A stretch of 64,000 nucleotides of DNA from a virus (IMGVR_UViG_3300017766_003306:5587-69586), one strand, 5' to 3'; shown: positions 28,231-37,766, counted from the stretch's first letter. Numbers and translations are program-made. Notes: generated by a model from the sequence alone, not told the origin.

Positions 28231-29787
28231 TTATATGTTAAACGCCATAGCAAACGTAGATAAGCTCTCATTGAACTGACCGACGTAAGGTACTTGACCC
28301 GTAGTTCTTACAATCCCTGTCGAGATGTCAATAGTTACGTTCAAGTTATTCAAGAAGAATGATCTCTCATCGTCGCCTTCTTGCGTAAGGATAAATGGCT
28401 CTGCACTAGCTTCAATGTATACGTCTAACCAAAAAGCTCTCATAGACTGAACATTAACCATTGCACGAGAAGGGCGTATTGTACTTCCCCCTAAACGAGC
28501 CGCACCGAAGCGTTCATAAAATCTGTTATTACACAGTTTTCTAAACTCTGTTGCTTGGTCTATTTTGTTCATGCTTCTGAAAGAATCATCAGGGATACCT
28601 AAAGCGTTAGTCTTGTACGTCGTTACGCCTCGTGTAATAGTCACTCTCGAAGCATCACGAGTGTTTTGAAATACAATACCGCCCGCAGTCTCTAAAGCGT
28701 CTATTTGAAGCTTAGTATACTCGTAGCCCGCAGGGAAAGCTACTAAGGAAGGATATTGTTGATTGAAAAAGGGAAGAGACGCTAATGCTACTCCGCCATA
28801 AGCGTCGTTAATGTTAATCGTAGATACAGGAACGTAGTCAGCAATAGGTGCGTCTTGTATCAACTTTAGAGTGTTAATAGCTACAAAATCAGCAGTAGCT
28901 AACGAGGGGAGTTCACGAATCGCTACGCCTTTCCCTGAAGTATTAGATACTTTGCCAAAACAAGGGTGTACTAATACACGGCTGTTTAGGGCAGATAATG
29001 CGGTTATTTGGTTAGCGTAAGTATCTACTAAAGGCTGAATAACGTATCCGTCTAAGATGATATTCTCAGCATTAAATCTTGACTCTAACAGAGATCTAAC
29101 TAAAGAAGCATCTAATCCTTGATGGAGTAACGTATATTTATACTGAACGTTATCGGGGATAGCAGAGACAGTAGTAGAGTTTACTGTAGCATTACCCGCT
29201 CCGCCTGTTACTTCTGTTATCGTTGCACCTATTCCCGCTACGCTTCCGAATACCCCTAAGAACGTAGAGTTAAGCTCTGTTCCTAATTGGGTAGAAGTGA
29301 GGGTTAATGTTGCAGATGACTTAGATAATGAGAAAGGTAAATCTATGAATGCTCCTGCGTAAGCAGATTCTACTAAAGTAGCTAAAGCCGTAGCTGTAGT
29401 TCCTTTAGGTACGAATACATCTCTTGTACCATTGAAAGCACTTCCAACTACTACTTTCAAAGTACCTTCTTCTGTAGACGTACCTGAGAACTCAATAGTC
29501 CCAGTAGATGCAGAAGCCCCCGACGTAGGCTCTGTTACGGGTATGATATCAATTCTACTCTTAGTGTTGATTGCTCTAATACGCTTATACATCGTAGCAA
29601 TCATAGATTTTCTACCAAATAAAGCGTTTACTACGTTCACATCAGTTAAGTTAGGGTACAAAGTATTCGCTGTAGCTGTCCCTGAAGATAGGAAAGAGCC
29701 AATAAGTAAGATATTCTGAGGGCTGTTTACAGTTACAGGAGTCTCTCCGATAATAGTTTGCGTAAACTTGGGTCGTGTTGAACTCAT
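28231..29787 (-). CDS. putative tail sheath protein
   Basis: 518 aa; N-terminal pattern TVNSPQNILLIGSFLSSGTA...NALFG resembles sheath N-termini (T4 gp18-like); followed by tube-sized ORF. Confidence 0.5.
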   Translation of the reverse strand: MSSTRPKFTQTIIGETPVTVNSPQNILLIGSFLSSGTATANTLYPNLTDVNVVNALFGRKSMIATMYKRIRAINTKSRIDIIPVTEPTSGASASTGTIEFSGTSTEEGTLKVVVGSAFNGTRDVFVPKGTTATALATLVESAYAGAFIDLPFSLSKSSATLTLTSTQLGTELNSTFLGVFGSVAGIGATITEVTGGAGNATVNSTTVSAIPDNVQYKYTLLHQGLDASLVRSLLESRFNAENIILDGYVIQPLVDTYANQITALSALNSRVLVHPCFGKVSNTSGKGVAIRELPSLATADFVAINTLKLIQDAPIADYVPVSTININDAYGGVALASLPFFNQQYPSLVAFPAGYEYTKLQIDALETAGGIVFQNTRDASRVTITRGVTTYKTNALGIPDDSFRSMNKIDQATEFRKLCNNRFYERFGAARLGGSTIRPSRAMVNVQSMRAFWLDVYIEASAEPFILTQEGDDERSFFLNNLNVTIDISTGIVRTTGQVPYVGQFNESLSTFAMAFNI

Positions 29788-29935
29788 CTCGTATATCCTC
29801 TTATTCTCTATTTTACCATCTAAGCATCTCTGAGTTAGATGTTTAATCCTATTTGCATTATACAGAGTATTTGTCTGTTTTTTGCAATTAGATTTTAAAA
29901 TAGGGTATTAAAGAATTATACGGTCGTATAAACTT

Positions 29936-30595
29936 TTAGATTCCTGATTCTCTATGTTCGTCTGATTCTGTCAATGATGATTTGATATTGTCTCTCTCGT
30001 ACATTAAATATCCGTCTGTTTTCATTAGTGTTACTAGATAGCGTAGATCAGCACCCGTTAATTGGTTATTTAATTTGTCAGAGTCGCACTTAGCTACTAC
30101 ATAATGAAAGCCTTTTTTAGTAGTGGTCACAAGTAAGACTTCTACGTTTAAACGCTCTAATATAGCTTCTAGCTTGTTTACAACAATAATACTTTGAGAA
30201 TCTACGTCAAGCAAGAAAGCGTTACGCTGTCTAAACTTCAATAATTCAGATTTTGGTATAGAAAGTAAGCTTCTAGGGGAAATGTCTGTAGTTGTATTAG
30301 TTAGAAGAGTTACATAAGATTTAGTTATTTCAGAAATAACGCCCCTAGTGAGTAACGAGTAATTGTAATCTACATAAATACGCAAGTCTCCTGAGACTCT
30401 TCCGCTATCTATAATCGCTTCACATATAGCGATAGATTTAGATAATTCTTCTTCTGTTTTATTGGCTGAATAGTATAAGTTTTGATATTTATTGACAGAT
30501 CTATTTATAAGCTCTACGCTTATTATAGAATCTCCGTCTCCGAATCCTAAATGGTTTATAACATATTCTTCATAACTATCATATTTTGGTTTCAT
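29936..30595 (-). CDS. hypothetical protein
   Basis: 219-aa ORF. Confidence 0.4.
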   Translation of the reverse strand: MKPKYDSYEEYVINHLGFGDGDSIISVELINRSVNKYQNLYYSANKTEEELSKSIAICEAIIDSGRVSGDLRIYVDYNYSLLTRGVISEITKSYVTLLTNTTTDISPRSLLSIPKSELLKFRQRNAFLLDVDSQSIIVVNKLEAILERLNVEVLLVTTTKKGFHYVVAKCDSDKLNNQLTGADLRYLVTLMKTDGYLMYERDNIKSSLTESDEHRESGI

Positions 30596-30615
30596 GTTTA
30601 ATTCCTGAATTAAAA

Positions 30616-30689
30616 TGCCCCGTACAAGACTCGAACTTGTGACGTTCCGCTTAGAAGGCGGATATTCTATCCATCTGAATTAACGAGGC
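30616..30689 (-). tRNA. tRNA-Arg (anticodon TCT)
   Basis: Cloverleaf GCCTCGT/ACGGGGC acceptor, anticodon loop CTTCTAA, T-loop TTCGAGT. Confidence 0.8.
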
Positions 30690-30703
30690 GTAAAAATAAA
30701 AAA

Positions 30704-30776
30704 TGCCCAAGACAGGATTTGAACCTGTGCATTTCTTGCTTACAAGGCAAGTGCCTTACCGCTTGGCTACTTGGGC
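30704..30776 (-). tRNA. tRNA-Thr (anticodon TGT)
   Basis: Acceptor GCCCAAG/CTTGGGC, anticodon loop CTTGTAA, T-loop TTCAAAT. Confidence 0.8.
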
Positions 30777-30781
30777 AAAAA

Positions 30782-30854
30782 CGCCTTCACCGAGATTTGA
30801 ACTCGGGTTACTACCGTGACAAGGTAGCGTCCTAGACCACTAGACGACAAAGGC
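30782..30854 (-). tRNA. tRNA-Asp (anticodon GTC)
   Basis: Anticodon stem CTACC/GGTAG, loop TTGTCAC, T-arm CCGAG-TTCAAAT-CTCGG; acceptor has two G-U pairs. Confidence 0.7.
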
Positions 30855-31064
30855 ATAAAAGGTGCTAGTTTCAGTTGACTCAGCCACTAGCAAACACGTC
30901 AGGTTTTACATCTATGAAGACGAGAGCCTATGTCCGCTCTAAGACACTCAGCACCCTAAGTCGAATGTTATCTGAGATTTTGTTTGACTCACTTACAAGT
31001 TACAATAAGTGAGTAGCTGAGCGTAATTGAAATCGGGATCGCCAACAACAATATGCCCTAAGTA

Positions 31065-31136
31065 TTGCACTACCTAGAATCGAACTAGGGCATGGGTGAA
31101 TATGAGCCACCTGCTTTACCTCTTAGCTATAGTGCA
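31065..31136 (-). tRNA. tRNA-Met (anticodon CAT; Met or lysidine-Ile cannot be distinguished)
   Basis: Acceptor TGCACTA/TAGTGCA, anticodon loop CTCATAT, T-arm CCTAG-TTCGATT-CTAGG. Confidence 0.65.
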
Positions 31137-31146
31137 GTATAAAAAA

Positions 31147-31228
31147 TGCGTAGGGTTAGATTTGAACTAACGTATCACTAGGAGTCAGATTTACAGTCTG
31201 ATGTCTTTAACCACTCGACCACCTACGC
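31147..31228 (-). tRNA. tRNA-Tyr (anticodon GTA), long variable arm
   Basis: Acceptor GCGTAGG/CCTACGC, anticodon loop CTGTAAA. Confidence 0.8.
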
Positions 31229-31243
31229 ATATTTTAAAAAAAT

Positions 31244-31332
31244 CGGGTAGTGTAGGATTTGAACCTACGGAGGTTTTTACACCTCGCTAGTTTTCAAGAC
31301 TAGAGCCATAAACCGAACTCGACCAACTACCC
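31244..31332 (-). tRNA. tRNA-Ser (anticodon TGA), long variable arm
   Basis: Acceptor GGGTAGT/ACTACCC, anticodon loop CTTGAAA, variable arm GAGGTGTAAAAACCTCC. Confidence 0.8.
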
Positions 31333-31353
31333 ATCAAAGCAAACTTATTAAAC

Positions 31354-31500
31354 GTTCTACTTATCGGGGTACTTTCAGTTTTTATCCTTTCCGAGCCACA
31401 GATTAAATAAATACAACAAGAACACATTGCTCAGACTCCTTCAGTAGCGACACTGACCCCCTCCTCGCGGTTTTTCTCTCAGTACCCCGATAAGTAGAAC
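31354..31500. repeat. 20-bp perfect inverted repeat (GTTCTACTTATCGGGGTACT) flanking a 107-nt segment inside the tRNA cluster
   Basis: arm1 31354-31373, arm2 31481-31500 exact reverse complement. Confidence 0.85.
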
Positions 31501-31537
31501 TATTTTTATTTTCAAAGAACGAATAATTAAGTAAGTA

Positions 31538-31611
31538 TGCTTCGTACAAGACTCGAACTTGTGACCCGCTCCTTATGAGGAAGATGCTCTAACCAACTGA
31601 GCTAACGAAGC
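31538..31611 (-). tRNA. tRNA-Met/Ile2-like (anticodon CAT)
   Basis: GCTTCGTTAGCTCAGTTGGTTAGAGC... acceptor GCTTCGT/ACGAAGC, anticodon loop CTCATAA, T-loop TTCGAGT. Confidence 0.75.
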
Positions 31612-31628
31612 ACTTACTTATTGTATGC

Positions 31629-32366
31629 TTACTTAGGCATGATCTGCGTAAGTGTTGATCCATTACCCATAACTTGAGGCATTTTCCCGTCCCACTTATC
31701 AAGAAACTTCTCTTGAATTAGAGCAGGATTTTTGAGTAGGGCTTTAGCACGAAGCGTCAAAGCTTGAGCATTAGCACGTTCTACGTTGACTCGGTTACGG
31801 GCTGTAGCCTCTTCAATCTCAGCTTTTTGTTTCTCTTCAATAGCTTCTTGAAGCTTGTCTGAGAACTTAGTTCCTGTGAACATTAAAGACTCAACTAAGA
31901 TTAAGCCGTTTAGTTTACTACGAAGACCTACTAAAGTATTCTCACGAACAATATCTCTTTTAGATACAAGCTCGTAAGCTGTAAACTTGCTAGCAGACGA
32001 TTTTAAAGCGTCTAACAGTTTGGGTTGAAGTAGTGTTTGAAACGCATCCCCTTGATAATCTTTAAAAATAGGGATTACAGAAACATCGGGAATCTTGTAA
32101 GTAACGCTTAAGTCCATAGAGACCGTTTGCATATCTCTTGTCTGTACTTGAGTTTCTAATGCGACAGTCGTTTGACGTATGACAAAATCTTCTACACGTT
32201 CTAAAAATGGGTTATAAGTGTAAAATCCCTCTTTCAACAAATTAGGTGAAACTACGCCTTGTGCGACTTTCACGCCACGCTCGCCCACTTCAATCGTCCC
32301 AAAGCACCCTGTTGTCATAAAAGGGGTCAATGCGATTAAGCATAATAATGCCCAATAATTCTTCAT
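31629..32366 (-). CDS. SPFH/band-7 (prohibitin-like) family lipoprotein
   Basis: 245 aa; signal peptide with lipobox LTPFMTTGC; SPFH core followed by coiled-coil (EEKQKAEIEEATARNRVNVERANAQAL). Confidence 0.65.
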   Translation of the reverse strand: MKNYWALLCLIALTPFMTTGCFGTIEVGERGVKVAQGVVSPNLLKEGFYTYNPFLERVEDFVIRQTTVALETQVQTRDMQTVSMDLSVTYKIPDVSVIPIFKDYQGDAFQTLLQPKLLDALKSSASKFTAYELVSKRDIVRENTLVGLRSKLNGLILVESLMFTGTKFSDKLQEAIEEKQKAEIEEATARNRVNVERANAQALTLRAKALLKNPALIQEKFLDKWDGKMPQVMGNGSTLTQIMPK

Positions 32367-32369
32367 AAA

Positions 32370-32498
32370 TTACTTTCCTTTTTTCTTATTCTTGTTAATT
32401 AAGTATATAGCGATAATTAACGCTAATAATATCAACGCCCAAAAGTGAGAAGCGAAGAACTGTAGATATTTTAAACCTACATAAGCTCCATACTGCAT
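32370..32498 (-). CDS. small membrane protein upstream of SPFH gene
   Basis: ~43-aa ORF (MQYGAYVGLKYLQFFASHFWALILLALIIAIYLINKNKKKGK), co-oriented, 3 nt from SPFH start. Confidence 0.3.
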   Translation of the reverse strand: MQYGAYVGLKYLQFFASHFWALILLALIIAIYLINKNKKKGK

Positions 32499-32539
32499 AC
32501 TTTCTGCTCCTTAATCTGTACTGTGTGAGACTTGCTCTC

Positions 32540-32575
32540 ACTTATTACATAATACACTAATATAAATGCTAAGTC
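32540..32575 (-). promoter_or_regulatory. sigma70-like promoter (minus strand) TTGACT-N17-TATTAT
   Basis: reverse complement GCTTGACTTAGCATTTATATTAGTGTATTATG. Confidence 0.45.
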
Positions 32576-32621
32576 AAGCATTTTTTATAAGGTTTTTATT
32601 TTAATTTTTATATCGCCATAT

Positions 32622-32660
32622 AAAAAAGAAGCACTGTTTACGGTGCTTCTTTTGTTTTAT
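32622..32660. terminator. bidirectional rho-independent terminator
   Basis: AAGAAGCAC-TGTTTACG-GTGCTTCTT hairpin flanked by A-run and T-run. Confidence 0.6.
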
Positions 32661-32675
32661 AGAGTTTAGATATAT

Positions 32676-33098
32676 TTAGATCTTTTCTAAGATAAAGTCT
32701 TCTGAATCTTTGTAGTCTTCTAAGAAGCGTCTATGCTCAGAATCAGCGTCTAACACTAGGGGTTTGTTATGCTCAAACGTTAAGCTGTAGTGTGCGAAAG
32801 ACACTGCGGGTCTTAGATCACCGATATATGTAGCTTTTACTAAGGAGCTGACTGCTGATAATCTTTGAGCTTCTTTGTCTAGTGTTTCTTCTTGGGTAAC
32901 TACGGCTTTACCTACTTCAGAAGATAATACTGTAGAGGCTGTTACTTTAGCTACTTCAGGAGTTTCTTTAAGTGTTTCTTCGGGAGTTTCTACTGTAGAA
33001 GTCTCTGCTTCTACGTTTAAGATCTGAGAAGCGATCTCATCTGACTTAACGTCTACCTCTGCTTTAGCTGTAGCGTTTTTTGTTACTTTTACTACCAT
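32676..33098 (-). CDS. hypothetical acidic protein
   Basis: 140-aa ORF. Confidence 0.4.
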   Translation of the reverse strand: MVVKVTKNATAKAEVDVKSDEIASQILNVEAETSTVETPEETLKETPEVAKVTASTVLSSEVGKAVVTQEETLDKEAQRLSAVSSLVKATYIGDLRPAVSFAHYSLTFEHNKPLVLDADSEHRRFLEDYKDSEDFILEKI

Positions 33099-33157
33099 TT
33101 TCTTTATCTCCTCTTCTTAATAAGTATTTGTGTCTGTAACATTTTCTCTAACATATT

Positions 33158-33769
33158 TTAATAGATTGTAAATATGGGGTGTGCATGACCTTTAACGTCT
33201 GAGTTTACCCCTATAGCATTATCCGTTATTGCTGTGTATTTAAGATCGTGATAATGCCCCTCATCTACACTTGTTCTTCCTGTATATGTTTGACCCGTTT
33301 CAGGGTCTATTTGTATTATGAATGAATGCGTATGACCGCTAACTTCTTCCGTTATGCCACAAATTACAGCAGGGCATTCTACAGCTACTTGCTTTTCTTC
33401 TGATAAGCACATGAACTGAGCTGAGTACGCAGTTCTTTTACCTGAAATAATTGATTGCCACGCACTCTTAGATTCTATGTGTAGTCCTAATATCCAAGAA
33501 TCTTTAGGGTAGATTGGGTGATCATAGTCTACATAAAAGGACTCTGTAGGGAAGGCGGTAGTTGAGTTATTATCGTGATCTAAATCTATCCACGCTTCCC
33601 CTTGCATAAAAGCAGGCAAGAACTCGATTGCCATTTTTTTCAATACTTCGGGAGTAAAGTATTGACCCGCAGAGCTTAGTATGTTTGCATAAGCTACCGC
33701 ACCGTATATGATTTGCTTAGCTTCATCATAGTGTGCCTGTTCTATCGTTAATTTTGTTGAGGGGGGCAT
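33158..33769 (-). CDS. hypothetical His-rich protein (possible head maturation/scaffold-associated)
   Basis: 203 aa; GHTHSF, GHYHD, GHAHP motifs; lies in the head-module position downstream of the putative portal. Confidence 0.35.
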   Translation of the reverse strand: MPPSTKLTIEQAHYDEAKQIIYGAVAYANILSSAGQYFTPEVLKKMAIEFLPAFMQGEAWIDLDHDNNSTTAFPTESFYVDYDHPIYPKDSWILGLHIESKSAWQSIISGKRTAYSAQFMCLSEEKQVAVECPAVICGITEEVSGHTHSFIIQIDPETGQTYTGRTSVDEGHYHDLKYTAITDNAIGVNSDVKGHAHPIFTIY

Positions 33770-33837
33770 ACTAGACTCCTAAGACTTTATCTCGTCGACG
33801 TTATATAGTCTTATTCTACTATACAAGCTTGATTTGA

Positions 33838-34599
33838 TTAACTGGCAATACTTAAAGTGTCTTGCTTCTTTTTAGATGCTCTACTATCAGGGAGGGGCTT
33901 AGCGTAGAATCCTTGTCTAGCTAATTTTTGATCTTTCAAGTAAGCTACAACTTCTTTAAACTTTAAGAAAGTAGCTAATTTTTCACGAACTATAGGAACA
34001 GCCCCTTGAGGCTCTCTACCTTTTAAGACAGCTAAAACATAGATACAGCCTTGTTGATAGAGCTTTTTGTGTCCGTCTGTATAGTTATATTCTTTTTTAC
34101 TTTCCCCTGTTTTAGAAATCTCAGATCTAGTATCATGTCCTAATAAAGCAACGTGATTATTTTGTTTTGACTTTCCCGTTACGCCTGTGAGCGTCTCGCT
34201 GTTCAAGTTCATCTCTTTAGTGAATAGCTCAGCTAGAAGAGATCTAGGAACATCTACTTTGGGGAACTGAGAAGCGACGTGGTAAAAGTATCGTGTGCGT
34301 CTAGCGGATTTATTTATAATATCGGGAGTATCTGAGCTATATGTATTTGTGTTGACCGCTTGTAAGTAAGCATACGCTAATTCTAGCAGATCGTCATGTA
34401 CTGTACAGTAGTCTCGTGGGTGATTCTCTCTGCTTTGGACTCTTAAGTACCCACAAGAATAGCCCGTAAGCTCTTCGAGTTCTTGATACTTAAGCTTTAA
34501 TCCGAGTACGAGGAGATGAGCTATTTCGTTTGGAGTTAGGTCTTCTACGTCTTTAGATTCTATGCCACTATATTTGTCTGTATATCTAGTCTTCACCAT
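33838..34599 (-). CDS. hypothetical protein
   Basis: 253-aa ORF. Confidence 0.4.
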   Translation of the reverse strand: MVKTRYTDKYSGIESKDVEDLTPNEIAHLLVLGLKLKYQELEELTGYSCGYLRVQSRENHPRDYCTVHDDLLELAYAYLQAVNTNTYSSDTPDIINKSARRTRYFYHVASQFPKVDVPRSLLAELFTKEMNLNSETLTGVTGKSKQNNHVALLGHDTRSEISKTGESKKEYNYTDGHKKLYQQGCIYVLAVLKGREPQGAVPIVREKLATFLKFKEVVAYLKDQKLARQGFYAKPLPDSRASKKKQDTLSIAS

Positions 34600-34710
34600 C
34601 TGTTAATATCCTATTATTGTCCTGTTATTAGTTTATTTTTGCCAGTTTTATCTAGTTCATAGATATTGTACTATAAAATAGATAAAAAGTAAAGAATATA
34701 AATAATTCTT

Positions 34711-36852
34711 TTATATATGGGGTTGCTTTGGAGCTTGTTTAGGTAATGGAGTAACAGCATCTTTAGCGGGAGTGTTTGCGGGGTTCATGTTTGGATCTGT
34801 AGCTTCTGTAGGAGTATTACGTTCTACTGGTTTATTTATTGGTGTAGTACCGTAAGGCTCGGGGAAGGCTTGGAAGTCCATATCTATAGCCGTGTTCAAA
34901 GCTTTTACTGCCATATTAGGGCTTACGCCCCCCATTCTATATGCTGTCTCAAAAATAGACATAAGCTCAATCTTGTCAAAGTGATTAAACGCATTAAACA
35001 CGATCTTACAAGTTCTATCTTTCAGCCCTATATGCTTGAGAAGTACGTTGTTTATAAAGTCTTCTAAAGATCTTCTGTAGGGTTTAAAGATTTGATCTTC
35101 TGCCATCTGAATAGCTGAGTGGCTAGTAGCACGGTTATAATCTGCTGACTGACCTAACAAGATAGGGGGAAGTCTGAAAGCTTGTCTAATTTGAGTCTCA
35201 CATTTTTTAACGTAATCCCCAAATAACAACTCTTTACGCTCAACATCATTAAGCTTTACGAACTCTACTTTACCATTTCTTGCAGGGGCATTGCCTTCAA
35301 GCTCTTTAGTTGTGATCCCCATCTGTGAGCGGGTTACAGCTCTTAGCATGAGTATCTTACTTGGCTTAGCATGATTTCCGCCTCTATTAGACATTTGCCG
35401 TCTTAATTGCTCAATGTCCCCTCTGCTATATTTCATGTCAGACATTAAGATTGCTAAACTGGGGATTAAGTTTTCTTTAAATGTCTCTAAGTTTATAGAC
35501 TCAGCTTCAATCTGACCTATAATACTAGCCATTTGGTTTGCCCATATAGGCTCCCCATAGCTCGTAGAATCGTCGATGTCTCTGTAGTGATACAATTCTT
35601 CTGCAATGTCTTTTTTGTTTGTTGTCGGTAGTCCAGAGTACTTGTCTATAATCTCAGGACTTCCCCATTCTACGAAGAACTGTTTATGTCTATAGACACT
35701 ATCAGAGCTAGTCGCTTGCTGATTCTTACCGCCCATTTTATAATACTCAGGCTTCTCCCATAAGTACCGTTTGTAAGATTTTTCTCTTTTAATCTTTCTT
35801 ACAGACCCGCCCCTGATTATCTCATCCTCTACACGCATGATAGATTCTTCTTTGAGTACTCTAACTTGGGTACAAGGAACTCTATACGCTTCGAGTAATA
35901 TCTTATTCTTTGATGAATCTGTAAAGTATCTAAACCCGACAAAGAACTCGTTAAAGCTCTGATAATCACATACAAGCTCTTCTAAGAACTCAGAAAACGA
36001 TACGTTGTAGCTTATGTTTGCTAAGTATTCTTCGAGTATGTCTACTTCTTTTTTTACATTAGGGGGTAAGTCTACAGTAGGGTCTACGTCTCGTTTCTGT
36101 ATAGATACACCTCCCCCTACAATGTTAGATACCATAGCGTCGATACAGGGTCTAAGGGAGGGGCTAGACTTTATAAGGGTCTGCAGTTTCTTGGGGTCGT
36201 AAGTTCTTTTTCTTAAGCCATGCGTTGCTGTCAGTACTCCGTCATAGTCTAAGTCAGTCCACTTCTCGCTATCTAAGTCGTAGTATTTAGATATATCAGA
36301 TTTTAATTTAGTGTCAGGGGTCTCTACTTTTTGCTTTATATTTATTCTATTTAAGATTTTTGAATACTCATCGTCGATCTTATTCAGTAATCTAGGAATA
36401 GCTAATTGCTTGATCGACTCTGATTTTGGAGTAGTGTCGTCAACCTTACTAGACTGTAGAACCTCTTTGACAGCTTTAGATAATTCGTCTTTTCGCCACT
36501 GTGCGATAGTCTCAGCAGGAAGTAATCTACTCACGGTGACTTGAACTTCTACGCTAGGCTCAATTTCGTTACTATTTTCATCTAAGATTGGATCTGTGTA
36601 TAAGATCTCTGATCTATGAACCCTACCCCTGTCTAGTAGGGGAGTATTGTCCCCTTCAATAGATTGACTGTCGTCTAAGTATTCTTCCTCAGTCAAAGCT
36701 CTATAATTACCTATTACCCGCTCTTGCTCGGCTACTATGTCTTGTAGCTCTTCTATATGGGCTTGAGTAGTAGTGTTGATTTCTACGGTTTGTGAAGAGT
36801 TAGGCTTATTCTTCTTGCGGTTTATTTTCATTTTCAGTATGTTCCGATTCAT
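34711..36852 (-). CDS. putative portal / head morphogenesis protein
   Basis: 713 aa, in the terminase-proximal position; Pro/Thr-rich low-complexity C-terminal tail; no motif-level proof. Confidence 0.35.
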   Translation of the reverse strand: MNRNILKMKINRKKNKPNSSQTVEINTTTQAHIEELQDIVAEQERVIGNYRALTEEEYLDDSQSIEGDNTPLLDRGRVHRSEILYTDPILDENSNEIEPSVEVQVTVSRLLPAETIAQWRKDELSKAVKEVLQSSKVDDTTPKSESIKQLAIPRLLNKIDDEYSKILNRINIKQKVETPDTKLKSDISKYYDLDSEKWTDLDYDGVLTATHGLRKRTYDPKKLQTLIKSSPSLRPCIDAMVSNIVGGGVSIQKRDVDPTVDLPPNVKKEVDILEEYLANISYNVSFSEFLEELVCDYQSFNEFFVGFRYFTDSSKNKILLEAYRVPCTQVRVLKEESIMRVEDEIIRGGSVRKIKREKSYKRYLWEKPEYYKMGGKNQQATSSDSVYRHKQFFVEWGSPEIIDKYSGLPTTNKKDIAEELYHYRDIDDSTSYGEPIWANQMASIIGQIEAESINLETFKENLIPSLAILMSDMKYSRGDIEQLRRQMSNRGGNHAKPSKILMLRAVTRSQMGITTKELEGNAPARNGKVEFVKLNDVERKELLFGDYVKKCETQIRQAFRLPPILLGQSADYNRATSHSAIQMAEDQIFKPYRRSLEDFINNVLLKHIGLKDRTCKIVFNAFNHFDKIELMSIFETAYRMGGVSPNMAVKALNTAIDMDFQAFPEPYGTTPINKPVERNTPTEATDPNMNPANTPAKDAVTPLPKQAPKQPHI

Positions 36853-37759
36853 TATCTGATTGCATTTTCTTTATTCTATCACGATATAATTCTTTATCTG
36901 AGATTCGTAAAGCTTTTATCTCTTTGTGTGCCTCTACAGCTTCTTCTAGTAGTATATCTAAATCAACGTCTGAATAGTCTTCGGGATTATCGCTTATTTC
37001 AGAAATTAGGATAGAAGAATCATAAGTATTGCTTGTCCCTATAGCTAGATAATGTACTGCCCTCCAAACAGCTAACGCAGTAAAGTGGGAGATTGCAAGC
37101 TCTTTAGAGGAGCAATAGCTTAGAGCGACTTCGTATTTTGGCATATAGTGAGATCTAGGCATAGAACACATATACACACCCGATTCAGAGGGATTATAGC
37201 AAGATTTATTTGTAAGCATAGAGGGGTTTATATGTGATCTTATATTGTCATAGACTGCATTGAATAGCATACTGCATTCTAGCTCTACTTGTTTAGGTCT
37301 CTTTGCTTGCTTAGACTCTCTATCGCATAGGGGTATTATAGAGTAGGGTATCTCATATAATTGGTAAAACTTTTCCCACTTCTCGGGAAAGGAATGTAAT
37401 ATGCTTTGCCTTGTTAGTGGGTGTATTCCATCAAGAAATCGTATAAGGGTTGCCCGCTCTTGTCTGTTTAGTTTTAACTGGGTGAGCAAGTGAAGATAAT
37501 ATAAGCACCAGTATATTTCTTCTCTTGACACCCCCGACATGAGTGTAGAGTTCTTCATAATCTTACAAAAGTGATTAGTTGCCGTGTCGAAAGTTTTATC
37601 TAATGCCGTTACATTCTTCTGACCTCGCCTCTGAGTGTGTAGTTGTCTAGCTACTAGCAAAGACTCTACAGCACACGCAAAGTAAGTATCTCTTCCAAGC
37701 ATTTGATATATAAGTTGTCCCCTAAAATAGTGAGCATATTTATTATTCGACTTTGACAT
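36806..37759 (-). CDS. hypothetical protein (first gene after the deazaguanine operon; overlaps portal start)
   Basis: 317-aa ORF. Confidence 0.4.
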   Translation of the reverse strand: MSKSNNKYAHYFRGQLIYQMLGRDTYFACAVESLLVARQLHTQRRGQKNVTALDKTFDTATNHFCKIMKNSTLMSGVSREEIYWCLYYLHLLTQLKLNRQERATLIRFLDGIHPLTRQSILHSFPEKWEKFYQLYEIPYSIIPLCDRESKQAKRPKQVELECSMLFNAVYDNIRSHINPSMLTNKSCYNPSESGVYMCSMPRSHYMPKYEVALSYCSSKELAISHFTALAVWRAVHYLAIGTSNTYDSSILISEISDNPEDYSDVDLDILLEEAVEAHKEIKALRISDKELYRDRIKKMQSDNESEHTENENKPQEE

Positions 37760-37766
37760 ATATACA

